A DNA stretch of 29,490 nucleotides, from NCBI GenBank assembly GCA_965261975.1, contig CBDHEC010000021.1, forward strand, positions 1-29,490, read 5' to 3'. Below the pieces are notes generated by a model, which was given only the letters and a program-made list of their open reading frames with translations, was not told the DNA's origin and did no database searches. The translations under genes and the position numbers were made by a program. Shown piece after piece: positions 17,853-26,202 of the stretch (positions are counted from its first letter, which is position 1; the number at the start of each line of letters is the position of its first letter). This stretch comes from Alphaproteobacteria bacterium. GTDB lineage: Bacteria; Pseudomonadota; Alphaproteobacteria; UBA6615.

Positions 17853-17867
17853 TTAATCTTCGTTTAC
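17853..17867. promoter_or_regulatory. CtrA-like box (TTAA-N7-TTAC) next to a GANTC site upstream of topA
   Basis: TTAA-tcttcgt-TTAC at 17853-17867 (one mismatch), with GATTC at 17845-17849. Confidence 0.3.
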
Positions 17868-17900
17868 TCATAAGGGCGTTTATGCGCGGTCCGAATTTCG

Positions 17901-19022
17901 TCAGCAGGCCGCAACACGGTTGCCCGGATGCCGTTCCAAACGCCCCGCCAATTCGAGTTCGAGCAGGATTGTCCGGATGACAGGGGCGGTTAATTGGCAC
18001 CGCCGCACGATTTCGTCAACCGCGACGGGCTCGGGCGACAAACATGAAATCACTGTTTCGCGGCTGTCGGTGCCCGGCGAATCCAGGTCGAAGACCGGCG
18101 TTTGGGGCGCGGATGCCCGTGTTTCGGTCCGCTCTTTTGGCGCTGTCACCATTGGCCGCACCGCCTCGAACACATCGTCGGCATTGCGGACCAGCACGGC
18201 GCCATCGCGGATCAGATGGTTCGCACCGAAAGAACGTGGATCAAGCGGAGAGCCGGGGACTGCGAGCACCACGCGGCCTTGCTCACCGGCCAAACGCGCT
18301 GTGATCAGCGAGCCGGATCGTTGTGCCGCTTCCACAACGATGATGCCGAGCGAAAGGCCGGACACGATGCGATTGCGTCGGGGGAAATGATGGGCCTTGG
18401 GTTTCAGGCCTGGCGGCATCTCGCTGACGATGGCGCCGGTGTCGATAATTTTTTGATAGAGGGCTTCGTTTTCCGGCGGGTAGACGATATCGACCCCGCC
18501 GGCCATGACGGCGATTGTCGCACCACCGTCGGCGATCGATCCGCCATGTGCGGCCGTATCGATCCCCCGCGCCAGGCCCGAAACGATGACGACATCCCGA
18601 TCACTCGATAATTCGGATGCGAGAAGTTCCGCGAGCCTGCGGCCGTTCGCCGATGCGTTGCGCGCGCCGACAATGGCGATGCCGGTTCTGGCGAGCGCCG
18701 AAATATCGCCGCGTACGGAGATGACAGGTGGCGCGTCATCGATGGCCGCGAGCGCGGATGGGTAGTCGGGTTCTCCCAGGGTGATGGTCCGGGCACCCAG
18801 TTCGGCCAGCCGTGCCAGTTCCGCATCCGTATCATCGTTACTGCTGATGTGAATCTTCTGTTTGCCCGCGCGGCGCGCAAAGTCGGGCAGAGCGTCAATC
18901 GCGTTGCCGGCGGACCCGAAATGATCCATCAATTCGCGCCAGGTCACGGGCCCGATGCTCTCGGTCCGGATCAGGCGCAGCCGGTCGCGGCGTTCCGTTT
19001 GTGATATCGGCTTCTCGTCCAC
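17901..19022 (-). CDS. dprA: DNA-processing protein DprA
   Basis: AIVGARNAS, VSGLARGIDTAAH, FPRRNRIVSGLS, VVEAAQRSGSLITA and a C-terminal winged helix (LLELELAG). Confidence 0.96.
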   Translation of the reverse strand: MDEKPISQTERRDRLRLIRTESIGPVTWRELMDHFGSAGNAIDALPDFARRAGKQKIHISSNDDTDAELARLAELGARTITLGEPDYPSALAAIDDAPPVISVRGDISALARTGIAIVGARNASANGRRLAELLASELSSDRDVVIVSGLARGIDTAAHGGSIADGGATIAVMAGGVDIVYPPENEALYQKIIDTGAIVSEMPPGLKPKAHHFPRRNRIVSGLSLGIIVVEAAQRSGSLITARLAGEQGRVVLAVPGSPLDPRSFGANHLIRDGAVLVRNADDVFEAVRPMVTAPKERTETRASAPQTPVFDLDSPGTDSRETVISCLSPEPVAVDEIVRRCQLTAPVIRTILLELELAGRLERHPGNRVAAC

Positions 19023-19055
19023 GCCCGCGAGGATGACCCCCGCGACGCGGGACGG

Positions 19056-19751
19056 TCAACTCGCTGTGCCGGAGCGCTTGAGTTTGATGCGCGATTCCTC
19101 GCCCTTCACGAGCCGCCGGATGTTACCGACATGGCGGATCCAGACCAGCAGGGCCAGGAAGATGGCAATCCCGCCGGCTTGCGGTTCGCCGAGCCACCAG
19201 GCATAGGCCGGGGCAAGCGCGACGGCGAACAGGGCCGAGAGTGAGGAGTAGCGGAAAATCAGCGCCACGAGAATCCAGGTGCCCAGCGCGGCCATGCCCA
19301 GCGGCCAGGCCAGGCCGAGGAGGACACCGAGTGTCGTGGCGACGCCTTTACCGCCACGAAACCCGAGCCAGACGGGGAACAGATGGCCGAGGACGACTGC
19401 CAGCGCGGTAAAGAATGTGACGTCGGGACCAAAAAGCATGTAGGGCACGAGAACGGCGATATAGCCCTTCGCACCATCCAGAAGCAGCGTCGTGGCGGCG
19501 AGTTTCTTGCTGCCTGTGCGCAGGACGTTGGTTGCGCCGATATTGCCTGAGCCGATCTGGCGAAGGTCACCCTTGCCGGCCAGCTTGGCCAGGATCAGGC
19601 CGAACGGGATACTGCCGAGTATGTAGGCGCCCAGGATCGGCGGCAGAAACACCTGCCAGCCATAGATCAGGTTCTTCCAGTCGGGGACCGAGAAGGTCGC
19701 CTGGAAAATACTCCAGTAGAAGATGATCGGACTGGCGCCGTCTTCGACCAT
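19056..19751 (-). CDS. plsY: Glycerol-3-phosphate acyltransferase PlsY
   Basis: YILGSIPFG, GSGNIGATNVLR, GHLFPVWLGFRGGKGVAT and RHVGNIRRL. Confidence 0.96.
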   Translation of the reverse strand: MVEDGASPIIFYWSIFQATFSVPDWKNLIYGWQVFLPPILGAYILGSIPFGLILAKLAGKGDLRQIGSGNIGATNVLRTGSKKLAATTLLLDGAKGYIAVLVPYMLFGPDVTFFTALAVVLGHLFPVWLGFRGGKGVATTLGVLLGLAWPLGMAALGTWILVALIFRYSSLSALFAVALAPAYAWWLGEPQAGGIAIFLALLVWIRHVGNIRRLVKGEESRIKLKRSGTAS

Positions 19752-19772
19752 GCGTGTTTCCCCGGGCTGGGT

Positions 19773-21080
19773 TTAAGACGCGTCAGTATAGATGGTTCGC
19801 CCGTCGACGATGGTGCGGATCACGCGGCCTTGAACGAGCCGTCCGTCGAAGGGTGAGTTTTTCGACTTGGAAACGAAGTTGTCCGGCTCGATGCGGCTGG
19901 GGCGCTCGGGGTCGAATATTGCGATATCGGCGGCCCCGCCCACATGCAGCCGCCCGACCGGCAGGTTCAGGAGCTCGGCCGGGCGCGCGGTCACCTTGGC
20001 CAGTGCTGCCGACATTTCGAGATGGCCGTTGTGGACCAGCTCCAGGGTAAGGGCGAGCAGGCTCTCGAGGCCCGCGGCACCGAACTCCGCTTGCTCGAAT
20101 GGCAGCCGTTTGGATTCCTGGTCTTGGGGCAGATGGTCGGAGGCGATGCAGTCGATCGTGCCGTCGGCAAGTCCCTGGACGATCGCCTGCCGGTCGTCTT
20201 CCGTGCGTAGCGGCGGCGAAAGCTTGGAGAAGGTCCGGTATTCGCCGACGGCCAGCTCGTTGAGCGCAAAGTAAGGTGGTGCTGTATCGCAGGTTACCCG
20301 CATGCCGTCGGCCTTGGCCGACCGGATCTTCGCCACTGATTCCGCCGTGGAGATGTGGGCGGCGTGGTAGCGCCCGCCGGTCATTTTCACCAGCGCGAGG
20401 TCCCGGTCGATCATGATCGTTTCCGCCTCGCGCGGAATGCCGGGAAGGCCGAGCCGCGTGGCCAGCTCGCCGGACTGCATCACGCCGCCGTTCGAAAGGC
20501 TCGCTTCCTCCGGATGCTGGACAATCAGCGCGTCGAAGGCCTGTGCGTATTTGAGCGCGCGCGACAGGGTCTTGGCATTGGCGACCGCACTGCGCCCATT
20601 TGTGAAGGCGACCGCGCCGGCCTGCTTCATCAGCCCCATCTCGACGATCTCGTTGCTGTCGGCGTTGCGCGTCACGGTCGCGTAGGCGAACACTTTGACC
20701 AATTTCACATCGCGCGCGCGCCGGGCCACGAATTCGAGGACCGAGGCATCGTCGATCGCCGGGTCGGTGTCGGGCAGGGTGACGACCGCGGTGACGCCAC
20801 CGGCTGCGGCGGCGTGGCTGCCGCTCTCGATGTCTTCCTTGTGCTCGTTGCCCGGTTCGCAGAAATCGACGCGCATATCCACGAGGCCGGGGGTCAGGAC
20901 CGCGCCCTCGCAATCGACAACCTCCGTGCCGGCCGGTGTACCGGTCGCGAATATGTCCGGCCCGATCGCCATGATGCGGGTGCCGTCGGTCAGGACCCCG
21001 CCCTTGGCAGTGGCGGGCGCATCAAGGCCCGACGCCGGGTCGATCACCCTGGCGTTGATATAAGCAACCTTGCCAGTCAT
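19773..21080 (-). CDS. pyrC: Dihydroorotase family protein, probably the non-catalytic ATCase-associated PyrC' type
   Basis: [22 protein letters not shown] and SKSKNSPF are present, but the HxH motif is replaced by DMRVD. Coupled to pyrB by an ATGA overlap. Confidence 0.9.
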   Translation of the reverse strand: MTGKVAYINARVIDPASGLDAPATAKGGVLTDGTRIMAIGPDIFATGTPAGTEVVDCEGAVLTPGLVDMRVDFCEPGNEHKEDIESGSHAAAAGGVTAVVTLPDTDPAIDDASVLEFVARRARDVKLVKVFAYATVTRNADSNEIVEMGLMKQAGAVAFTNGRSAVANAKTLSRALKYAQAFDALIVQHPEEASLSNGGVMQSGELATRLGLPGIPREAETIMIDRDLALVKMTGGRYHAAHISTAESVAKIRSAKADGMRVTCDTAPPYFALNELAVGEYRTFSKLSPPLRTEDDRQAIVQGLADGTIDCIASDHLPQDQESKRLPFEQAEFGAAGLESLLALTLELVHNGHLEMSAALAKVTARPAELLNLPVGRLHVGGAADIAIFDPERPSRIEPDNFVSKSKNSPFDGRLVQGRVIRTIVDGRTIYTDAS

Positions 21081-22063
21081 GGGGTGCCCACAAGCCTTTT
21101 GCGTGTGAGGACATCGAGACAGGCCATGCGCACGGCGACGCCCATTTCGACCTGTTCGCGGATCAGGGAGCGGTCGAGGTCGTCGGCCACATCGGAGTCG
21201 ATCTCCACACCGCGGTTCATGGGGCCGGGGTGCATGATCAGGGCATCGGGCTTGGCATGGCTCAGCTTGTCGTAGTCGAGACCGTAGAACTGGAAATACT
21301 CATGCACCGACGGCACGAAGGATCCTTCCATGCGCTCGCGCTGGAGGCGCAGCATCATCACGATGTCGCAGCCTTCCAGGCCGGCGCGCATGTCGTGGAA
21401 CACCTCGACGCCGAGCCGTTCCATGGCCGACGGGATCAGGGTCGGCGGGGCGATGACCCGCACCCGCGCACCCATGGTTTGCAGCAGGTAGATATTCGAT
21501 CGTGCGACCCGGCTATGGGCGACATCGCCGCACAGCGCCACCAGCAGTCCCTGCAGACTTCCCTTGTGGCGCCGGATCGTCAGCGCATCGAGCAGCGCCT
21601 GGGTGGGGTGCTCGTGGCTGCCGTCGCCGCCATTGATGACCGCGCAGTTCACTTTCTCCGACAAGAGCTTCACCGCCCCTGCGTTGGAGTGCCGGACGAC
21701 AAGCGCGTCGGCATGCATGGCGTTCAGGGTCATCGCCGTATCGACGATCGTCTCGCCCTTCTTGATGGAGGAGTTGGCGACGGCGATATTGATGACATCC
21801 GCGCCGAGCCGCATGCCCGCCAGCTCGAAGCTGGTACGGGTGCGCGTCGAATCTTCAAAGAACAGGTTAATCAGCGTCTTGTCGCGCATCAGGTCGAATT
21901 TTGGCCCGCGCGCGCGGTTATGTTCCGCGTAGCTGTTCGACAAATCGAGCAGGTAGGTGATCTCGTCCGGAGACAGATCCTGGATGCCCAACAGATGACG
22001 ATGTGGAAATGGGGATTCCGCTGGCTGATCGGGAGCGGAGAGGCCTGTGGTGGCTGCAGTCAT
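21077..22063 (-). CDS. pyrB: Aspartate carbamoyltransferase catalytic subunit
   Basis: [38 protein letters not shown] and MHPGPMNRG. Start placed at ATG 22063, downstream of a promoter-like element. Confidence 0.96.
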   Translation of the reverse strand: MTAATTGLSAPDQPAESPFPHRHLLGIQDLSPDEITYLLDLSNSYAEHNRARGPKFDLMRDKTLINLFFEDSTRTRTSFELAGMRLGADVINIAVANSSIKKGETIVDTAMTLNAMHADALVVRHSNAGAVKLLSEKVNCAVINGGDGSHEHPTQALLDALTIRRHKGSLQGLLVALCGDVAHSRVARSNIYLLQTMGARVRVIAPPTLIPSAMERLGVEVFHDMRAGLEGCDIVMMLRLQRERMEGSFVPSVHEYFQFYGLDYDKLSHAKPDALIMHPGPMNRGVEIDSDVADDLDRSLIREQVEMGVAVRMACLDVLTRKRLVGTP

Positions 22064-22073
22064 TAAAGCGGGA

Positions 22074-22102
22074 ATATAGGGACGAGACTCACGAAATTGC
22101 AA
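22074..22102 (-). promoter_or_regulatory. Putative sigma70 promoter of the pyrB operon
   Basis: The - strand reads TTGCAA-N17-CTATAT, with a GANTC (GAGTC) in the spacer, ending 10 nt before ATG 22063. Confidence 0.55.
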
Positions 22103-22218
22103 GGCGTTGTTATGCACCGGGGCAAGAATGACGTCCGATTTCTGGCGACGCACCCGCCGCTCTGCTAGAAGGCGATGACGGAACCGGGCGGCCAACGGGC
22201 TGCCGAGTGGGAGACCGG

Positions 22219-22992
22219 ATGATGAAAGCGGTAATACTGGCGGGCGGGCGCGGGACGCGCATTGCCGAGGAAACAGAGGTCAGGCCCAAGCCGATGATCG
22301 AAATCGGCGGCCGGCCAATCCTGTGGCACATCATGAAGATCTACGGCCATCACGGGATCACGGATTTCGTGATCTGCCTCGGCTACAAGGGCTACCTGAT
22401 CAAGGAATATTTTGCCAACTACGTGCTGCATTCCTCCGATGTGACGGTCGATCTCGCGACCAATGAGATCCGCTATCACAACATGGCCGCGGAACCCTGG
22501 ACGGTGACCCTGGTCGATACCGGGGCGGACTCCCAGACCGGCGGACGTATCGCTCGTGTGGCCGAGCATCTGGACGATGAACCCTTCTGTCTGACCTATG
22601 GGGACGGCGTTGCCGACGTCGACGTGGCGGCCAGCGTGGCCTTTCACAAGGCGCAGGGCGCGCGCTGCACCATGACCGCGGTGCGCCCGCCCGGGCGCTT
22701 CGGGGCGGCCGAGATCGACGGTGACCGCGTGACGCGTTTTGCCGAGAAACCGCGCGGCGACGGCGGCACCATCAATGGCGGGTTCTTCGTCTGCGAGGCG
22801 AGCGTGCTCGACCTGATCGCGGACGACACCACCGTTTGGGAGCAGGCGCCGCTCAACGGTATGGCGGAAGCCGGGGAGCTCGCCGCCTGGCAGCATGAGG
22901 GCTTCTGGCAACCCATGGATACCCTGCGCGAGAAAAATCAGCTCGAGGCGATGTGGGATGCGGGCGACGCGCCCTGGAAAGTCTGGGATTGA
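22219..22992 (+). CDS. rfbF: Glucose-1-phosphate cytidylyltransferase
   Basis: [47 protein letters not shown] and [10 protein letters not shown], ending in APWKVW. Confidence 0.93.
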   Translation: MMKAVILAGGRGTRIAEETEVRPKPMIEIGGRPILWHIMKIYGHHGITDFVICLGYKGYLIKEYFANYVLHSSDVTVDLATNEIRYHNMAAEPWTVTLVDTGADSQTGGRIARVAEHLDDEPFCLTYGDGVADVDVAASVAFHKAQGARCTMTAVRPPGRFGAAEIDGDRVTRFAEKPRGDGGTINGGFFVCEASVLDLIADDTTVWEQAPLNGMAEAGELAAWQHEGFWQPMDTLREKNQLEAMWDAGDAPWKVWD

Positions 22993-23035
22993 ATTCCGGC
23001 GGTTCGCGCATAGGTTCCGTTGAGGAGCTTTGCAT

Positions 23036-23716
23036 ATGGAAGTGAATGCCGATTTTTCCCAGCGGGTGCTGGTCGATACCAATGCGCTGGACTGGATAGC
23101 GTCACCGTTGGCCGGCGTGGACCGGCGTATGCTCGACCGGGTCGGCGACGAGGTGGCGCGCGCCACCAGCATTGTACGATACGCGCCCGGCAGTTCTTTC
23201 TCGCCCCATACCCACACCGGCGGTGAGGAGTTCCTCGTCCTCGAAGGCGTCTTCTCTGACGAGCATGGCGACTACGGCCCGGGATATTATGTGCGCAACC
23301 CGGTCGGCTCGGCCCACACCCCGTCGAGCGAGGGTGGCTGCACCATTCTGGTGAAACTCTGGCAGATGGACCCCGACGACCAGGATTTCGTTCGCGTCGA
23401 CACGGCGAACGGGGACTGGCAGCCGACCAATGTGGAGGGAGTCGATATCCTGCCGCTGCATGAATACGGGCCGGAGCGGGTGATGATGTTCCGCATGGCG
23501 CCGGGCACGTCCATGCCCCTGCACGGCCATGCCGGGGGCGAGGAAATCCTGGTCCTCGAGGGCGAGCTTGCCGATGAACATGGCCGCTACCCCCAGGGCA
23601 CCTGGCTGCGCAGCCCGCCGGGCACGCGCCACGCGCCGTTCAGCGACACGGGCTGCGTTATCTATGTGAAGCTCGGCCATCTGGCCGAGGTGCGTGGGCT
23701 CGATATCGGCGCCTAG
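23036..23716 (+). CDS. ChrR-like double cupin domain protein
   Basis: Two cupin repeats (HTHTGGEEFLVLEG...SAHTP and HGHAGGEEILVLEG...TRHAP), with GAGGAG RBS upstream. Confidence 0.88.
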   Translation: MEVNADFSQRVLVDTNALDWIASPLAGVDRRMLDRVGDEVARATSIVRYAPGSSFSPHTHTGGEEFLVLEGVFSDEHGDYGPGYYVRNPVGSAHTPSSEGGCTILVKLWQMDPDDQDFVRVDTANGDWQPTNVEGVDILPLHEYGPERVMMFRMAPGTSMPLHGHAGGEEILVLEGELADEHGRYPQGTWLRSPPGTRHAPFSDTGCVIYVKLGHLAEVRGLDIGA

Positions 23717-24450
23717 CCGAATACCTCCACCCGCCAGGCGTCCACGAGGTCGGTGAACGACTGTCCGTATATTTCATGCCACCGCTTGGGCAGGCCCGCG
23801 AAGCGGCCGCGCTCAACCAGCGGCGTCGTGGCATAGAGCGCGCGGAACTTTTCCAAACCATGAGTCTCGATCAGGAAGCGCACGAATGACCCCGCGACGA
23901 GGTAGGCGCCCTGGGGTTGCAGGTCGGGCAGTTGCAGCCGGGCCGGAACCGGCAGCCGTTCGAGTGCGGGCATGTCCGCATCTGCAACGAAGGGACGCGC
24001 ACGGGTGTGCAGGTCGTTGCCGAAATTGGGGAATGCCGCCTGGCCGCCCAGCGCGTCATGGGCATGGGTCGCCAGGCCTTCGGCGAGGAACCTGTTGCCG
24101 TTGGGGGCCACGGCGTGGACGATCTCGTGGGTGATCGGCGAGATGCCCTGGCGGATCGTGCGCATCCGGAAGATCACCTGGCCGTGGTTCCCGCGCCAGG
24201 CCGGGATCAGGGCCATCGACGTGCCCCGGCTGTCCTCGATCTCGATCCGGTAGGGCCCGGCGAAGTCGCCGTCCCACCACGCGCAGAAACTGGTCAGCGC
24301 GGCCCGGAACTTCTCGACGAAGGCCCGCCTGTCGCTTGCCGATAGTGGCGGCGCGCTGATCGTGATGTCGGCCTCGGCGCAGGCGTTTGCGTGGGCGGGT
24401 GTCGTGAGGAAGGCCGCGGACAGGGTCAGGATGACCGCCGTGCGAATCAC
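23713..24450 (-). CDS. Secreted gluzincin-motif protein (peptidase MA-like)
   Basis: Signal peptide ending AHA, HEIVH (24115-24129) followed by FLAEGLA, and later AYLVAGSFVRFLIETHG. The GTG start overlaps the upstream stop (GTGA). Confidence 0.72.
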   Translation of the reverse strand: MIRTAVILTLSAAFLTTPAHANACAEADITISAPPLSASDRRAFVEKFRAALTSFCAWWDGDFAGPYRIEIEDSRGTSMALIPAWRGNHGQVIFRMRTIRQGISPITHEIVHAVAPNGNRFLAEGLATHAHDALGGQAAFPNFGNDLHTRARPFVADADMPALERLPVPARLQLPDLQPQGAYLVAGSFVRFLIETHGLEKFRALYATTPLVERGRFAGLPKRWHEIYGQSFTDLVDAWRVEVFG

Positions 24451-24968
24451 GCCGATCTTCCAAACTTGTCATGATAGCGTTCGACCTCGTGCTGTACCTC
24501 GTCCAGTCGGCGGCCGAGGAAGGTGGCCGGAATGTTGATCGGCGATTGGGAGACCCCGGCCAGCAGGCGCACCAGCCAGCGCCGGTGTGGCGGCACGCGG
24601 GCGAACATCGCGCCGGAATCACGGGGCACCACGCCGATCAGTCGTGCCAGATAGGTACGCCGGGGCGCGATGCGTTCGATCTCGGACCAATCCATCCAGC
24701 CGACGGCGAAGGGCGAGGCGTTGTCGAACAGGCCGTCTTGGTTGAGCACCACCACCGGCGCGTTCGAGATCAGGCGATAGGTGGCGTAGACGGTGCTCGC
24801 CCCGAAGGCGATCAGGGCGGCCGCCCCGACCAGGCGGGCGTAGACATCCGGGGTCAGCAGGAAAAACACCGCCGCGACGGAAAACATCAGCGAGCCGAAG
24901 ACGGTTGCCAGTGTCTTCGACCGGGTCGGGTGGATCACAAGCTCCGGGAAGTCATTGCCTCGGCTCAT
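24447..24968 (-). CDS. STM3941-like membrane protein (2 TM + soluble domain), copy 2
   Basis: Two N-terminal TM helices, then PVVVLNQDGLFDNASPFAVGWMDWSEIERI. ATG 24968 overlaps the upstream stop (ATGA). Confidence 0.7.
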   Translation of the reverse strand: MSRGNDFPELVIHPTRSKTLATVFGSLMFSVAAVFFLLTPDVYARLVGAAALIAFGASTVYATYRLISNAPVVVLNQDGLFDNASPFAVGWMDWSEIERIAPRRTYLARLIGVVPRDSGAMFARVPPHRRWLVRLLAGVSQSPINIPATFLGRRLDEVQHEVERYHDKFGRSA

Positions 24969-25519
24969 GGCCGCGGGTTTCCGAAACGGCGGTGGTAGTG
25001 CGCCAGGATGCCCAGCAGGTGGTCGCGGTTGATATCCAGGCGCCAGGTGTTGAGCTTGATGATGTTTTTCGCGAAGGCGGAATCGAACCAGATGACCGCG
25101 CGGCGCAGGGGGTGCATCCGCGCCATGATGGCCTTCTTGTCGTCCACCAGCACCCAGACCACCTGCTTGTGGGGCATGCCGCGCACGTCGCGGATCTCGT
25201 CCCATGAAATCGCGCCCATGGAGAACCGGTCTGACGGGTCCGAAATGCCCGTTTTATCGATCCTGAACTGAGGTTGTCCGCACATCCGTGCGTGCAGGCC
25301 CAGCAATATCCAGATCGTCGCGACAATTCCCCCGACGCCGCAGATCAGGAGGGGCAGCGCGGTGACGTCCTGCCCGCTCGCGCCGGTCAGAATGCGGAAC
25401 ACCACCCAATAGGCCCCGCCGGTCATGGCACATGTGAACAGCATGGTCGTGGCGAATTTCGACCCCGAGGGGCCGATGGTAATCTCCGGGAATTCTTCGG
25501 TGTCCGCTTTGTCGCTCAT
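24965..25519 (-). CDS. STM3941-like membrane protein (2 TM + soluble domain), copy 1
   Basis: Two TM helices, then PQFRIDKTGISDPSDRFSMGAISWDEIRDV. The ATG overlaps the ruvX stop (TGATG). Confidence 0.68.
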   Translation of the reverse strand: MSDKADTEEFPEITIGPSGSKFATTMLFTCAMTGGAYWVVFRILTGASGQDVTALPLLICGVGGIVATIWILLGLHARMCGQPQFRIDKTGISDPSDRFSMGAISWDEIRDVRGMPHKQVVWVLVDDKKAIMARMHPLRRAVIWFDSAFAKNIIKLNTWRLDINRDHLLGILAHYHRRFGNPRP

Positions 25520-25986
25520 CAGCTGTTCCGCAGGAAATCGAGGAAGTTCTGGAGGATGATCGAGGCGGCCATCTTGTCGATCACCTCGCCGCGGCGCTTG
25601 CGGTTCATGTCCGCCTGATCGATCAGCACCCGTTCGGCCTCGGCCGTGGTCAGGCGTTCATCCCAGAAGGTAATGGGCAGGTCGACCTTGCCCGCCATGT
25701 TGTTGGCGAACGCGCGGGTGGATTGGGCGCGGGGGCCTTCCGAGCCGTCCATGTTGCGGGGCAGGCCCAGGACCAGCCCGCCGACTTCCTTTTCGGCGAT
25801 CAGCGCCAGAAGTTTTTCCGCATCGGCGGTGAACTTCGTGCGGCGCAGGGTCTCAAGCGGCGAGGATACCATGAGCATGGAATCCGAGACCGCCAGCCCG
25901 ATGGTCTTGGTCCCGAGGTCGAAGCCGAGCAAACGCCCGCGGGGCGCCAGGGCGGCTTTCATGTCACTGGGCTCAAGGATCGGCAT
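25519..25986 (-). CDS. ruvX: YqgF/RuvX family nuclease (pre-16S rRNA nuclease / resolvase-like)
   Basis: LLGFDLGTKTIGLAVSD, LVLGLPRNMDG, FWDERLTT and IDKMAASIILQ. Confidence 0.95.
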   Translation of the reverse strand: MPILEPSDMKAALAPRGRLLGFDLGTKTIGLAVSDSMLMVSSPLETLRRTKFTADAEKLLALIAEKEVGGLVLGLPRNMDGSEGPRAQSTRAFANNMAGKVDLPITFWDERLTTAEAERVLIDQADMNRKRRGEVIDKMAASIILQNFLDFLRNS

Positions 25987-26120
25987 GAAAACTGTTTAGG
26001 CGGAGAGCGCCGATGTGTCCATTGGTGGACGGATGCTTTTCCGGAGATGGCGGGGAAAGTACTGGTTTCCGCGGTCCTCGGGTCGAGCGGTCAGGTTTCG
26101 TTAACGAACACAATGATACC

Positions 26121-26149
26121 TTGAATATAAGAATTTTCTTAGATACAAT
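26121..26149 (+). promoter_or_regulatory. Putative sigma70 promoter of the histidine kinase, with a palindrome in the spacer
   Basis: TTGAAT (26121-26126)-N17-TACAAT (26144-26149). The inverted repeat TAAGAA-TT-TTCTTA lies at 26128-26141, and an AGGAG RBS is downstream. Confidence 0.6.
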
Positions 26150-26202
26150 TGAGGCACCTCGGGGGAGGCGCAGCAATCCAGTTGTAGGAGTGTTTTGCCG
26201 CC

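Noticed and set aside
24969-25205. Longer 252-aa version of the second STM3941-like gene
   Set aside because: The extension overlaps the upstream paralogue out of frame. ATG 24968 gives an ATGA overlap and aligns with the paralogue's N-terminus.
22200-25519. Mobile element or defence island between ruvX and pyrB
   Set aside because: There is no integrase, transposase, att-like repeat or recognisable defence gene, and base composition looks like the flanking core genes.
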